Source: Eledone cirrhosa (taxonomy: Eukaryota). From it: DNA of 64,000 bases. The position numbers were made by a program, and so were the translations under genes. A model generated the notes under the pieces. That model was not told the DNA's origin, ran no database searches, and saw nothing but the letters and a program-made list of their open reading frames with translations. Shown piece after piece: positions 1 to 14,625 of this stretch; the first letter of the stretch is position 1, and the number at the start of each line of letters is the position of its first letter. Where the stretch lies: assembly GCA_964016885.1 (NCBI GenBank), contig OZ024743.1, positions 205,654,001 through 205,718,000 on the forward strand, in the 5' to 3' direction.

Positions 1-3000
1 GGCTGGAAATTATCTCCCCTTGATTTTTTTACAAATTATCTCCCCCTGATTTTTTTTTACAAATTATCTCCCCCTGATTTTTTTTTTACAAATTATCTCC
101 CCTTGGACGGGTGGAAATTATCTCCCCTTGATTTTTTTACAAATTATCTCCCCCTGATTTTTTTTTACCAATCTACCCCTGATTTAAAAAAAAAAATTAT
201 CTCCCCTTCGCTGGCTGGAAATTATCTCCCCTTGGACGGCTTGAAATTATCTCCCCTTGGACGGCTAGAAATTACCTCTCCTTGGACGGCTGAAAATTAT
301 CTCCCCTTGATTTTTTTTACAAATTATCTCCCCCTGATTTTTTTTTTTACAAATTATCTCCCCCTGGTTTTATTTTACATATTATCTACCCCTGATTTTT
401 TTTTACAAATTATCTCCACCTGATCTTTTTTACAAATTATCTCCCCCTGATTTTTTTTTTACAAATTATCTCCCTCTGATTTTTTTACAAATTATCTCCC
501 CCTGATTTTTTTTTCAAATTATCTCCGCCTGATTTTTTTAAATATTATCTTCCCTTGGCTGGCGGGAAATTATCTCCCCTTGGACGGCTGGAAATTATCT
601 CCCCTTGGAAGGATGGAAATTATCTCCCCTTGGACGGCTGGAAATTATCTCCCCTTGCACTGCTGGAAATTATCTCCCCTTGGACGGCTGGAAATTATCT
701 CCCCTTGGCTGGAAATTATCTCCCCTTGGACGGCTAGAAATTATCTCTTTGGACGGCTGGAAATTATCTCCCCTTGATTTTTTTACAAATTATCTCCCCC
801 TTATTTTTTTTACAAATCTCCCAGTGATTTTTTTTAAAAAATTATCTCCCCTTCGCTGGCTGGAAATTATCTCCCCTTGGACGCTGGAAATTATAGCCCC
901 TTGGAGGGCTGGAAATTATCTTCCCTTGGACGGCTGGAAATTATCTCCCCTTGATTTCTTTTACAAATTATCTCCCCCTGATTTTTTTTTACAAATTTTC
1001 TCCCCCTGATTTTTTTTTACAAATTATCTCCCCCTGATTTTTTTTACAACTTATCTCCGCCTGATTTTTTTAAAAAAATTATCTCCCCTTGGACGGCTGG
1101 AAATTATCTCCCCTTGGACGGCTGGAAATTATCTCTCCTTGGACGGCTGGAAATTATCTCCCCTTGATTTTTTTTACTAATTATCTCCCCCTGATTTTTT
1201 TTTACAAATATCTCCCCTTGGCTGCCTGGAAATTATCTCCCCTTGGCAGGCTGGAAATGATCTCCCCTTGGACGGCTGGAAATTATCTCCTCTTGGACGC
1301 CTAGAAATTACCTCTCCTTGGACAGCTGTAAATTATCTCCCCTTGGACGGCTGGAAATTATCTTGCCTTGGACGGCTGGAAATTATCTCCCCTTGATTTT
1401 GTATACAAATTATCTCCCCCTGATTTTTTTTTACAAATTATCTGCCCCTGATTATTTTTTTACAAATTAGCTTCGCCTGATTTTTTTTTAAAATTATCTC
1501 CCCTTGGACGGCTGGAAATTATCTCCCCTTGGACGGCTGGAAATTATCTCCCCTTGAACGGCTAGAAATTACCTCTCCTTGGACGGCTGAAAATTATCTC
1601 CCCTTGGACGGCTGGAAATTATCGCCCCCTGATTTTTTTTAACAAATTATCTCCACCTGATTTTTTTTACAAATCATCTCCGCCTGATTTTTTTAAAAAA
1701 TTATCTCCCTTTCGCTGGCTGGAAATTATCTCCCCTTGGACGCTGGAAATTATAGCCCCTTGGACGGCTGGAAATTATCTCCCCTTGATTTTTTTTACAT
1801 ATTATCTCCCCCTGATTTTTTTTTACGAATTATCTCCCCGATTTTTTTTTACAAATTATCTCCCCCTGATTTTTTTTTACAAATTATCTCCGCCTGATTT
1901 TTTAAAAAAAATTATCTCCCCTTGGACGGCTGGAAATTATCTCCCCTTGAACGGCTGGAAATTATCTCCCCTTGGACGGCTGGAAATTATCTCCCCTTGG
2001 ACGGCTGGAAATTATCTCCCCTTGGACGGCTAGAAATTACCTATCCTTGGACGGCTGGAAATTATCTCCCCTTGGACGGCTGGAAATTATCTCCCCTTGG
2101 ACGGCTGGAAATTATTTCCCCTTGATTTTTTTTACAAATTATCTCCCCCTGATTTTTTTTACAAATCTCCCCCTAATTTAAAAAAAAATTATCTCCCCTT
2201 CGCTGGCTGGAAATTATCTCCCTTTGGACGGCTGGAAATTATAGCTGCTTGTAGGGCTGGAAATGATCTCCCCTTGGACGGCTGGAAATTATCTCCCCTT
2301 TATGTCTTCTACAAATTATCTACCCCTGATTTTTTTTTTAGAAATTATCTCCGCCTGATTTTTTTTTACAAATTATCTGCGCCTGATTTTTTTTTACAAA
2401 TTAGCTCCGCCTGATTTTTTAAAAAATTATCTCCCCTTGGACGGCTGGAAATTATCTCCCCTTGGACGGCTGGAAATTATCTCCCCTTGGACGGCTAGAA
2501 ATTATCTCTCTTTGGACGACTGGAAATTATCTCCCCTTGGACGGCTGCAAATTATCTCCCCTTGATTTTTTTTACAAATTATCTCCCCCTGATTTTTTTT
2601 ACAAATTATCTCCCCCTGATTTTTTTTTACAAATTATCTACCCCTGATTTTTTTACAAATTATCTCCCCCTGATTTTTTTTTACAAATTATCTCCCCCTG
2701 ATTTTTTTTACAAATTATCTCCCCCTGATTTTTTTTTACAAATTATCTCCCCCTGATTTTTTTACAAATTATCTCCCCCTGATTTTTTTAAAAATTATCT
2801 TCCCTGGGCTGGCGGGAAATTATCTCCCCTTGGACGGCTGGAAATTATCTTCCCTTGCACGGCTGGAAATTATCTCCCCTTGGACAGCTGGAAATTATCT
2901 GCCCTTGATTTTGTTTTTACAAATTATCTCCCCCTGATTTTTTTTACAAATTATCTCCACCTGATTTTTTAAAAAATTATCTCCCCTTGGACGGCTGGAA

Positions 3001-6000
3001 ATTATCTCCCCTTGGCTGGAAATTATCTCCCCTTGGACGGCTAGAAATTATCTCTCTTTGGACGGCTGGAAATAATCTCCCTTTGATTTTTTTACAATTT
3101 ATCTCCCTCTGATTTTTTTTACAAATCTCCCCCTGATTTTTTAAAAAAAATTATCTCCCCTTCGCTGGCTGGAAATTATCTCCCCTTGGACACTTGAAAT
3201 TATATCCCCTTGGAGGGCTGGAAATTATCTTCCCTTGGACGGCTGGAAATTATCTCCCCTTGATTTTTTTTACAAATTATCTCCCCCTGATTTTTTTTAC
3301 AAATTATCTGCCCCTGATTTTTTTTTACAAATTATCTCCGCCTGATTTTTTTTTAAATTATCTCTCCTTGGACGGCTGGAAATTATCTCCCCTTGATTTT
3401 TTTTACAAATTATCTCCCCCTGATTTTTTTTTACAAATTATCTACCCCTGATTTTTTTTTACAAATTATCTCCCCCTGATTTTTTTTACAAATTATCTCC
3501 CCCTGATTTTTTTTTTACAAATTATCTCCCCCTGATTTTTTTACAAATTATCTCCCCCTGATTTTTTTTTCAAATTATCTCCGCCTGATTTTTTTAAATA
3601 TTATCTTCCCTTGGCTGGCGGGAAATTATCTCCCCTTGGACGGCTGGAAATTATCTCCCCTTGGAAGGATGGAAATTATCTCCCCTTGGACGGCTGGAAA
3701 TTATCTCCCCTTGCACTGCTGGAAATTATCTCCCCTTGGACGGCTGGAAATTATCTCCCCTTGGCTGAAAATTATCTCCCCTTGGACGGCTAGAAATTAT
3801 CTCTCTTTGGACGGCTGGAAATTATCTCCCCTTGATTTTTTTACAAATTATCTCCCCCTGATTTTTTTACAAATCTCCCAGTGTTTTTTTTTTTAAATTA
3901 TCTCCCCTTCGCTGGCTGGAAATTATCTCCCCTTGGACGCTGGAAATTATAGCCCCTTGGAGGGCTGGAAATTATCTTCCCTTGGACGGCTGGAAATTAT
4001 CTCCCCTTGATTTTTTTTACAAATTATCTCCCCCTGATTTTTTTTACAAATTATCTCCCCCTGATTTTTTTTTACAAATTATCTCCCCCTGATTTTTTTT
4101 ACAACTTATCTCCGCCTGATTTTTTAAAAAAAATTATCTCCCCTTGGACGGCTAGAAATTACCTCTCCTTGGACGGCTGAAAATTATCTCCCCTTGGACG
4201 GCTGGAAATTATCTCCCCTTGATTTTTTTTACAAATTATCTCCCCCTGATTTTTTTTTACAAATTATCTCCCCCTGATTTTTTTTACAAATTATCTCCCC
4301 CTGATTTTTTTTTACAAATTATCTCCCCCTGATTTTTTTTACAAATTATATCCCCTTGGCTGGCTGGAAATTATCTCCCCTTGGAGGCTGGAATTTATCT
4401 CCCCTTGGACGGCTAGAAATTACCTCTCCTTGGACGGCTGGAAATTATGTCTCCTTGGACGGCTAGAAATTACCTCTCCTTGGACGGCTGAAAATTATCT
4501 CCCCTTGGACGGCTGGAAATTATCTCCCCTTGATTTTTTTTACAAATTATCTCCCCCTGATTTTTTTTACAAATTATCTCCCCCTGATTTTTTTTTACAA
4601 ATTATCTCCCCCTGATTTTTTTTACAAATTATATCCCCTTGGCTGGCTGGAAATTATCTCCCCTTGGAGGCTGGAATTTATCTCCCCTTGGACGGCTAGA
4701 AATTACCTCTCCTTGGACGGCTGGAAATTATGTCTCCTTGGACGGCTGGAAATTATCTCCCCTTGGACGGCTGGAAATTATCTCCCCTTGGACGGCTGGA
4801 AATTATCTCCCCTTGGACGGCTAGATATTACCTCTCCTTGGACGGCTGGAAATTATCTGCCCTTGGACGGCTGGAAATTATCTCCCCTTGGACGGCTGGA
4901 AATTATTTCCCCTTGATTTTTTTTACAAATTATCTCCCGCTGATTTTTTTTTACAAATCTCCACCTAATTAAAAAAAAAATTATCTCCCCTTCGCTGGCT
5001 GGAAATTATCTTGCTTTGGACGGCTGGAAATTATAGCCGCTTGTAGAGCTGGAAATTATCTCCCCTTGGACGGCTGGAAATTATCTCCCCTTGATTTTTT
5101 TTACTAAGTATCTCACCCTGATTTTTTTTTACAAATTATCTCCGCCTGATTTTTAAAAAAAAATTATCTCCCCTTGGCTGGATGGAAATTATCTCCCCTT
5201 GGACGGCTGGAAATTATCTTCCCTTGATTTCTTCTACAAATTATCTACCCCTGATTTTTTTTACAAATTATCTCTCCCTGATTTTTTTTTACAAATATCT
5301 CTCCTTGGCTGGCTGGAAATTATCTCCCCTTGGCTGGCTGGAAATTATCTCCCCCTGATATTTTTTTACAAATTAGCTCCCCCTGATTTTTTTTACAAAT
5401 TATCTCCCCCTGATTTTTTTCACAAATTATCTCCCCCTGATTTTTTTTACAAATTATCTCCCCTGATTTAAAAAGAAAAAGTATCTCCCCTTGGACGGCT
5501 GGAAATTATCTCCCCTTGGACGGCTGGAAATTATCGCCCCCTGATTTTTTTTTTACAAATTATCTCCACCTGATTTTTTTTACAAATCATCTCAGCCTGA
5601 TTTTTTTTAAATATTATCTCCCTTGGCTTGCTGGAAATTATCTCCCCTTGGACGGCTATAAATTATCTCTCCTTCGACGGCTGGAAATTATCTCCCCTTG
5701 ATTTTTTTACAAATTATCTCCCCCTGATTTTTTTTTACCAATCAACCCCTGATTTAAAAACAAAAATTATCACCCCTTCGCTGGCTGGAAATTATCTCCC
5801 CTTGGACGGCTGGAAATTATCTCCCCTTGATTTTTTTTACAAATTATCTACCCCTGATTTTTTTACAAATTATCTCCCCCTGATTTTTTTTACAAATTAT
5901 CTCCCCCTGATTTTTTTTTTTTACAAATTATCTCCGCCTGATTTTTTTAGAATTATCTCCCCTTGGCTGGATGGAAATTATCTCCCCTTGGACGGCTGGA

Positions 6001-9000
6001 AATTATCTCCCCTTGGAAGGATGGAAATTATCTCCCCTTGGACGCCTGGAAATTATCTCCCCTTGCACGGCTGGAAATTATCTCCCCTTGGACGGCTAGA
6101 AATTACCTCTCCTTGGACGGCTGAAAATTATCTCCCCTTGGACGGCTGGAAATTATGTCCACCTGATTTTTTTTACAAATCATCTCCGCCTGATTTTTTT
6201 AAAAACTTATCTCCCTTGGCTTGCTGGAAATTATCTCCCCTTGGACGGCTATAAATTATCTCTCCTTCGACGGCTGGAAATTATCTCCCCTTGATTTTTT
6301 TACAAATTATCTCCCCCTGATTTTTTTTTACCAATCTACCCCTGATTTAAAAAAAAATTATCTCTCCTTCGCTGGCTGGAAATTATCTCCCCTTGGACGG
6401 CTGGAAATTATCTCCCCTTGATTTTTTTTACAAATTATCTACCCCTGATTTTTTTACAAATTATCTCCCCCTGATTTTTTTTTACAAATTATCTCCCTTT
6501 GATTTTTTTTTTTTACAAATTATCTCCGCCTGATTTTCTTAAAATTATCTCCCCTTGGCTGGATGGAAATTATCTCCCCTAGGACGGCTGGAAATTATCT
6601 CCCCTTGCACGGCTGGAAATTATCTTCCCTTGGACGGCTAGAAATTACCTCTCCTTGGACGGCTGAAAATTATCTCCCCTTGGACGGCTGGAAATTATCT
6701 CCCCCTGATTTTTTTTACAAATTATCTCCCCTTGCACGGCTGGAAATTATCTCCCCTTGGACGGCTGGAAATTATCTGCCCTTGATTTTGTTTTTACAAA
6801 TTATCTCCCCCTGATTTTTTTTACAAATTATCTCCACCTGATATTTTAAAAAATTATCTCCCCTTGGACGGCTGGAAATTATCTCCCCTTGGCTGGAAAT
6901 TATCTCCCCTTGGACGGCTAGAAATTATCTCTCTTTGGACGGCTGGAAATTATCTCCCCTTGATTCTTTTTACAAATTATCTCCCCCTGATTTTTTTTAC
7001 AAATCTCCCAGTGATTTTTTTAAAAAAATTATCTCCCCTTCGCTGGCTGGAAATTATCTCCCCTTGGACGCTGGAAATTATAGCCCCTTGGACGCTGGAA
7101 ATTATCTTCCCTTGGACGGCTGGAAATTATCTCCCCTTGATTTTTTTACAAATTATCTCCCCCTGATTTTTTTTTACAAATTATCTCCCCCTGATTTTTT
7201 TTTTACAAATTATCTCCCCTTGGACGGGTGGAAATTATCTCCCCTTGATTTTTTTACAAATTATCTCCCCCTGATTTTTTTTTACCAATCTACCCCTGAT
7301 TTAAAAAAAAAAATTATCTCCCCTTCGCTGGCTGGAAATTATCTCCCCTTGGACGGCTTGAAATTATCTCCCCTTGGACGGCTAGAAATTACCTCTCCTT
7401 GGACGGCTGAAAATTATCTCCCCTTGATTTTTTTTACAAATTATCTCCCCCTGATTTTTTTTTTTACAAATTATCTCCCCCTGGTTTTATTTTACATATT
7501 ATCTACCCCTGATTTTTTTTTACAAATTATCTCCACCTGATCTTTTTTACAAATTATCTCCCCCTGATTTTTTTTTTACAAATTATCTCCCTCTGATTTT
7601 TTTACAAATTATCTCCCCCTGATTTTTTTTTCAAATTATCTCCGCCTGATTTTTTTAAATATTATCTTCCCTTGGCTGGCGGGAAATTATCTCCCCTTGG
7701 ACGGCTGGAAATTATCTCCCCTTGGAAGGATGGAAATTATCTCCCCTTGGACGGCTGGAAATTATCTCCCCTTGCACTGCTGGAAATTATCTCCCCTTGG
7801 ACGGCTGGAAATTATCTCCCCTTGGCTGGAAATTATCTCCCCTTGGACGGCTAGAAATTATCTCTCTTTGGACGGCTGGAAATTATCTCCCCTTGATTTT
7901 TTTACAAATTATCTCCCCCTTATTTTTTTTACAAATCTCCCAGTGATTTTTTTTAAAAAATTATCTCCCCTTCGCTGGCTGGAAATTATCTCCCCTTGGA
8001 CGCTGGAAATTATAGCCCCTTGGAGGGCTGGAAATTATCTTCCCTTGGACGGCTGGAAATTATCTCCCCTTGATTTCTTTTACAAATTATCTCCCCCTGA
8101 TTTTTTTTTACAAATTATCTCCCCCTGATTTTTTTTTACAAATTATCTCCCTCTGATTTTTTTTACAACTTATCTCCGCCTGATTTTTTTAAAAAAATTA
8201 TCTCCCCCTGGACGGCTGGAAATTATCTCCCCTTGGACGGCTGGAAATTATCTCTCCTTGGACGGCTGGAAATTATCTCCCCTTGATTTTTTTTACTAAT
8301 TATCTCCCCCTGATTTTTTTTTACAAATATCTCCCCTTGGCTGCCTGGAAATTATCTCCCCTTGGCAGGCTGGAAATGATCTCCCCTTGGACGGCTGGAA
8401 ATTATCTCCTCTTGGACGCCTAGAAATTACCTCTCCTTGGACAGCTGTAAATTATCTCCCCTTGGACGGCTGGAAATTATCTCGCCTTGGACGGCTGGAA
8501 ATTATCTCCCCTTGATTTTGTATACAAATTATCTTTACAAATTATCTGCCCCTGATTATTTTTTTACAAATTAGCTTCGCCTGATTTTTTTTTAAAATTA
8601 TCTTCCCTTGGACGGCTGGAAATTATCTCCCCTTGGACGGCTGGAAATTATCTCCCCTTGAACGGCTAGAAATTACCTCTCCTTGGACGGCTGAAAATTA
8701 TCTCCCCTTGGACGGCTGGAAATTATCGCCCCCTGATTTTTTTTAACAAATTATCTCCACCTGATTTTTTTTACAAATCATCTCCGCCTGATTTTTTTAA
8801 AAAATTATCTCCCTTTCGCTGGCTGGAAATTATCTCCCCTTGGACGCTGGAAATTATAGCCCCTTGGACGGCTGGAAATTATCTCCCCTTGATTTTTTTT
8901 ACATATTATCTCCCCCTGATTTTTTTTTACGAATTATCTCCCAGATTTTTTTTTACAAATTATCTCCCCCTGATTTTTTTTTACAAATTATCTCCGCCTG

Positions 9001-11670
9001 ATTTTTTAAAAAAAATTATCTCCCCTTGGACGGCTGGAAATTATCTCCCCTTGAACGGCTGGAAATTATCTCCCCTTGGACGGCTGGAAATTATCTCCCC
9101 TTGGACGGCTGGAAATTATCTCCCCTTGGACGGCTAGAAATTACCTATCCTTGGACGGCCGGAAATTATCTCCCCTTGGACGGCTGGAAATTATCTCCCC
9201 TTGGACGGCTGGAAATTATTTCCCCTTGATTTTTTTTACAAATTATCTCCCCCTGATTTTTTTTACAAATCTCCCCCTAATTTAAAAAAAAATTATCTCC
9301 CCTTCGCTGGCTGGAAATTATCTCCCTTTGGACGGCTGGAAATTATAGCTGCTTGTAGGGCTGGAAATGATCTCCCCTTGGACGGCTGGAAATTATCTCC
9401 CCTTTATGTCTTCTACAAATTATCTACCCCTGATTTTTTTTTTACAAATTATCTCCGCCTGATTTTTTTTTACAAATTATCTGCGCCTGATTTTTTTTTA
9501 CAAATTAGCTCCGCCTGATTTTTTAAAAAATTATCTCCCCTTGGACGGCTGGAAATTATCTCCCCTTGGACGGCTGGAAATTATCTCCCCTTGGACGGCT
9601 AGAAATTATCTCTCTTTGGACGACTGGAAATTATCTCCCCTTGGACGGCTGCAAATTATCTCCCCTTGATTTTTTTTACAAATTATCTCCCCCTGATTTT
9701 TTTTACAAATTATCTCCCCCTGATTTTTTTTTACAAATTATCTACCCCTGATTTTTTTACAAATTATCTCCCCCTGATTTTTTTTTACAAATTATCTCCC
9801 CCTGATTTTTTTTACAAATTATCTCCCCCTGATTTTTTTTTACAAATTATCTCCCCCTGATTTTTTTACAAATTATCTCCCCCTGATTTTTTTAAAAATT
9901 ATCTTCCCTGGGCTGGCGGGAAATTATCTCCCCTTGGACGGCTGGAAATTATCTTCCCTTGCACGGCTGGAAATTATCTCCCCTTGGACAGCTGGAAATT
10001 ATCTGCCCTTGATTTTGTTTTTACAAATTATCTCCCCCTGATTTTTTTTACAAATTATCTCCACCTGATTTTTTAAAAAATTATCTCCCCTTGGACGGCT
10101 GGAAATTATCTCCCCTTGGCTGGAAATTATCTCCCCTTGGACGGCTAGAAATTATCTCTCTTTGGACGGCTGGAAATAATCTCCCTTTGATTTTTTTACA
10201 ATTTATCTCCCTCTGATTTTTTTTACAAATCTCCCCCTGATTTTTTTAAAAAAATTATCTCCCCTTCGCTGGCTGGAAATTATCTCCCCTTGGACACTTG
10301 AAATTATATCCCCTTGGAGGGCTGGAAATTATCTTCCCTTGGACGGCTGGAAATTATCTCCCCTTGATTTTTTTTACAAATTATCTCCCCCTGATTTTTT
10401 TTACAAATTATCTGCCCCTGATTTTTTTTTACAAATTATCTCCGCCTGATTTTTTTTAAAATTATCTCTCCTTGGACGGCTGGAAATTATCTCCCCTTGA
10501 TTTTTTTTACAAATTATCTCCCCCTGATTTTTTTTTACAAATTATCTACCCCTGATTTTTTTTTACAAATTATCTCCCCCTGATTTTTTTTACAAATTAT
10601 CTCCCCCTGATTTTTTTTTTACAAATTATCTCCCCCTGATTTTTTTACAAATTATCTCCCCCTGATTTTTTTTTCAAATTATCTCCGCCTGATTTTTTTA
10701 AATATTATCTTCCCTTGGCTGGCGGGAAATTATCTCCCCTTGGACGGCTGGAAATTATCTCCCCTTGGAAGGATGGAAATTATCTCCCCTTGGACGGCTG
10801 GAAATTATCTCCCCTTGCACTGCTGGAAATTATCTCCCCTTGGACGGCTGGAAATTATCTCCCCTTGGCTGAAAATTATCTCCCCTTGGACGGCTAGAAA
10901 TTATCTCTCTTTGGACGGCTGGAAATTATCTCCCCTTGATTTTTTTACAAATTATCTCCCCCTGATTTTTTTACAAATCTCCCAGTGTTTTTTTTTTTAA
11001 ATTATCTCCCCTTCGCTGGCTGGAAATTATCTCCCCTTGGACGCTGGAAATTATAGCCCCTTGGAGGGCTGGAAATTATCTTCCCTTGGACGGCTGGAAA
11101 TTATCTCCCCTTGATTTTTTTTACAAATTATCTCCCCCTGATTTTTTTTACAAATTATCTCCCCCTGATTTTTTTTTACAAATTATCTCCCCCTGATTTT
11201 TTTTACAACTTATCTCCGCCTGATTTTTTAAAAAAAATTATCTCCCCTTGGACGGCTAGAAATTACCTCTCCTTGGACGGCTGAAAATTATCTCCCCTTG
11301 GACGGCTACAAATTATCTCCCCTTGATTTTTTTTACAAATTATCTCCCCCTGATTTTTTTTTACAAATTATCTCCCCCTGATTTTTTTTACAAATTATCT
11401 CCCCCTGATTTTTTTTTACAAATTATCTCCCCCTGATTTTTTTTACAAATTATATCCCCTTGGCTGGCTGGAAATTATCTCCCCTTGGAGGCTGGAATTT
11501 ATCTCCCCTTGGACGGCTAGAAATTACCTCTCCTTGGACGGCTGGAAATTATGTCTCCTTGGACGGCTAGAAATTACCTCTCCTTGGACGGCTGAAAATT
11601 ATCTCCCCTTGGACGGCTGGAAATTATCTCCCCTTGATTTTTTTTACAAATTATCTCCCCCTGATTTTTT
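1..11670 (+). repeat. Direct duplication at ~7.1 kb offset (1-~4570 matches ~7118-~11670)
   Basis: 555/7672 (+7117), 1785/8889, 2462/9566 and 3611/10715 (+7104). The offset change is explained by a 2-bp CT indel near 748 and a 15-bp deletion near 8535. Confidence 0.92.
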
Positions 11671-14625
11671 TTTACAAATTATCTCCCCCTGATTTTTTTT
11701 ACAAATTATCTACGCCTGATTTTTTTTTCCAAATTATCTCCCCCTGATTTTTTTTTACAAATTATCTCCCCCTGTTTTTTTTTACAAATTATTTCCCCCT
11801 GATTATTTTACAAATTATCTCCGCCTGATTTTTTTAATTATCTTCCCTTGGCTGGCGGGAAATTATCTCCCCTTGGACGCCTGGAAATTATCTCCCCTTG
11901 GAAGGATGGAAATTATCTCCCCTTGGACGGCTGGAAATTATCTGCACTTGATTTTGTTTTTACAAATTATCTTCCCCTGATTTTTTTTACAAATTATCTC
12001 CACCTGATTTTTTAAAAAATTATCTCTCCTTGGACGGCTGGAAATTATCTCCCCTTGGCTGGAAATTATCTCCCCTTGGACGGCTAGAAATTATCTCTCT
12101 TTGGACGGCTGGAAATTATCTCCCCTTGATTTTTTTACAAATTATCTCCCCCAGATTTTTTTTACAAATCTCCCAGTGATTTTTTTAAAAAAATTATCTC
12201 CCCTTCGCTGGCTGGAAATTATCTCCCCTTGGACGCTGGAAATTATAGCCCCTTGGAGGGCTGGAAGTTATCTTCGCTTCGAGGGCTGGAAATTATCTTC
12301 CCTTGGACGGCTAGAAATTATCTCCCCTTGATTTTTTTTACAAATTATCTCCCCCTGATTTTTTTTTTACAAATTATCTCCGCCTGATTTTTTTTTTAAA
12401 TTATCTCCCCTTGGACGGCTGGAAATTATCTCCCCTTGGACGGCTGGAAATTATCTCCCCTTGGACGGCTAGAAATTACGTCTCCTTGGACGGCTGAAAA
12501 TTATCTCCCCTTGGACGGCTGGAAATTATCTCCCCTTGATTTTTTTTTACAAATTGTCTCCCCCTGATTTTTTTTTACAAATTATCTACCCCTGATTTTT
12601 TTTTACAAATTATCTCCCCCTTATTTTTTTTACAAATTATCTCCCCCTGATTTTTTTTTACAAATTATCTCCCCCTGATTTTTTTTACAAATCTCCCCCT
12701 AATTTAAAAAAAAATTATCTCCCCTTCGCTGGCTGGAAATTATCTCCCTTTGGACGGCTGGAAATTATAGCTGCTTGTAGGGCTGGAAATTATCTCCCCT
12801 TGGACGGCTGGAAATTATCTCCCCTTGATTTTTTTTACTAATTATCTCCCCCTGATTTTTTTTTACAAATATCTCCCCTTGGCTGCCTGGAAATTATCTC
12901 CCCTTGGCAGGCTGGAAATGATCTCCCCTTGGACGGCTGGAAATTATCTCCCCTTGAACGGCTGGAAATTATCTCCCCTTGGACGGCTGGAAATTATCTC
13001 CCCTTGGACGGCTGGAAATTATCTCCCCTTGGACGGCTAGAAATTACCTCTCCTTGGACGGCTGGATATTATCTCCCCTTGGACGGCTGGAAATTATCTC
13101 CCCTTGGACGGCTGGAAATTATTTCCCCTTGATTTTTTTTACAAATCATCTCCCCCTGATTTTTTTTACAAATCTCCCCCTAATTAAAAAAAAAATTATC
13201 TCCCCTTCGCTGGCTGGAAATTATCTCCCTTTGGACGGCTGGAAATTATAGCTGCTTGTAGGGCTGGAAATTATCTCCCCTTGGACGGCTGGAAATTATC
13301 TCCCCTTGATTTTTTTTTACTAATTATCTCCCCCTGATTTTTTTTTACAAATATCTCCCCTTGGCTGCCTGGAAATTATCTCCCCTTGGCAGGCTGGAAA
13401 TGATCTCCCCTTGGACGGCTGGAAATTATCTCCCCTTGGACGCCTAGAAATTACCTCTCCTTGGACAGCTGTAAATTATCTCCCCTTGGACGGCTGGAAA
13501 TTATCTCGCCTTGGACGGCTGGAAATTATCTCCCCTTGATTTTGTATACAAATTATCTCCCCCTGATTTTTTTTTACAAATTATCTGCCCCTGATTATTT
13601 TTTTACAAATTAGCTCCGCCTGATTTTTTTTTAAAATTATCTCCCCTTGGACGGCTGGAAATTATCTCCCCTTGGACGGCTGGAAATTATCTCCCCTTGA
13701 ACGGCTAGAAATTACCTCTCCTTGGACGGCTGAAAATTATCTCCCCTTGGACGGCTGGAAATTATCGCCCCCTGATTTTTTTAAACAAATTATCTCCACC
13801 TGATTTTTTTTACAAATCATCTCCGCCTGATTTTTTTAAGAAATTATCTCCCTTGGCTTGCTGGAAATTATCTTCCCTTGGACGGCTAGAAATTACCTCT
13901 CCTTGGACGGCTGGAAATTATGTCTCCTTGGACGGCTGGAAATTATCTCCCCTTGGACGGCTGGAAATTATCTCCCCTTGGACGGCTGGAAATTATCTCC
14001 CCTTGGACGGCTAGATATTACCTCTCCTTGGACGGCTGGAAATTATCTGCCCTTGGACGGCTGGAAATTATCTCCCCTTGGACGGCTGGAAATTATTTCC
14101 CCTTGATTTTTTTTACAGATTATCTCCCCCTGATTTTTTTTTACAAATCTCCCCCTAATTTAAAAAAAAATTATCTCCCCTTCGCTGGCTGGAAATTATC
14201 TTCCTTTGGACGGCTGGAAATTATAGCCGCTTGTAGGGCTGGAAATTATCTCCCCTTGGACGGCTGGAAATTATCTCCCCTTGATTTTTTTTACTAATTA
14301 TCTTACCCTGAATTTTTTTTACAAATTATCTCCCCTTGGCTGGATGGAAATTATCTCCCCTTGGACGGCTGGAAATTATCTCCCCTTGATTTCTTCTACA
14401 AAGTATCTACCCCTGATTTTTTTTTTACAAATTATTTGTCCCTGATTTTTTTTTACAAATATCTGCCCTTGGCTGGCTGGAAATTACCTCCCCTTGGCTG
14501 GCTGGAAATTATCTCCCCCTGATATTTTTTTACAAATTAGCTCCCCCTGATTTTTTTTTACAAATTATCTCCCCCTGATTTTTTTTTACCAATCTACCCC
14601 TGATTTAAAAAAAAAATTATCTCCC

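Noticed and set aside
210-220. GCTGGCTGG / GCTGGCGGG resembling the E. coli Chi site GCTGGTGG
   Set aside because: These are not exact matches. They are simple variants of the GACGGCTGG spacer, and nothing indicates a bacterial context.
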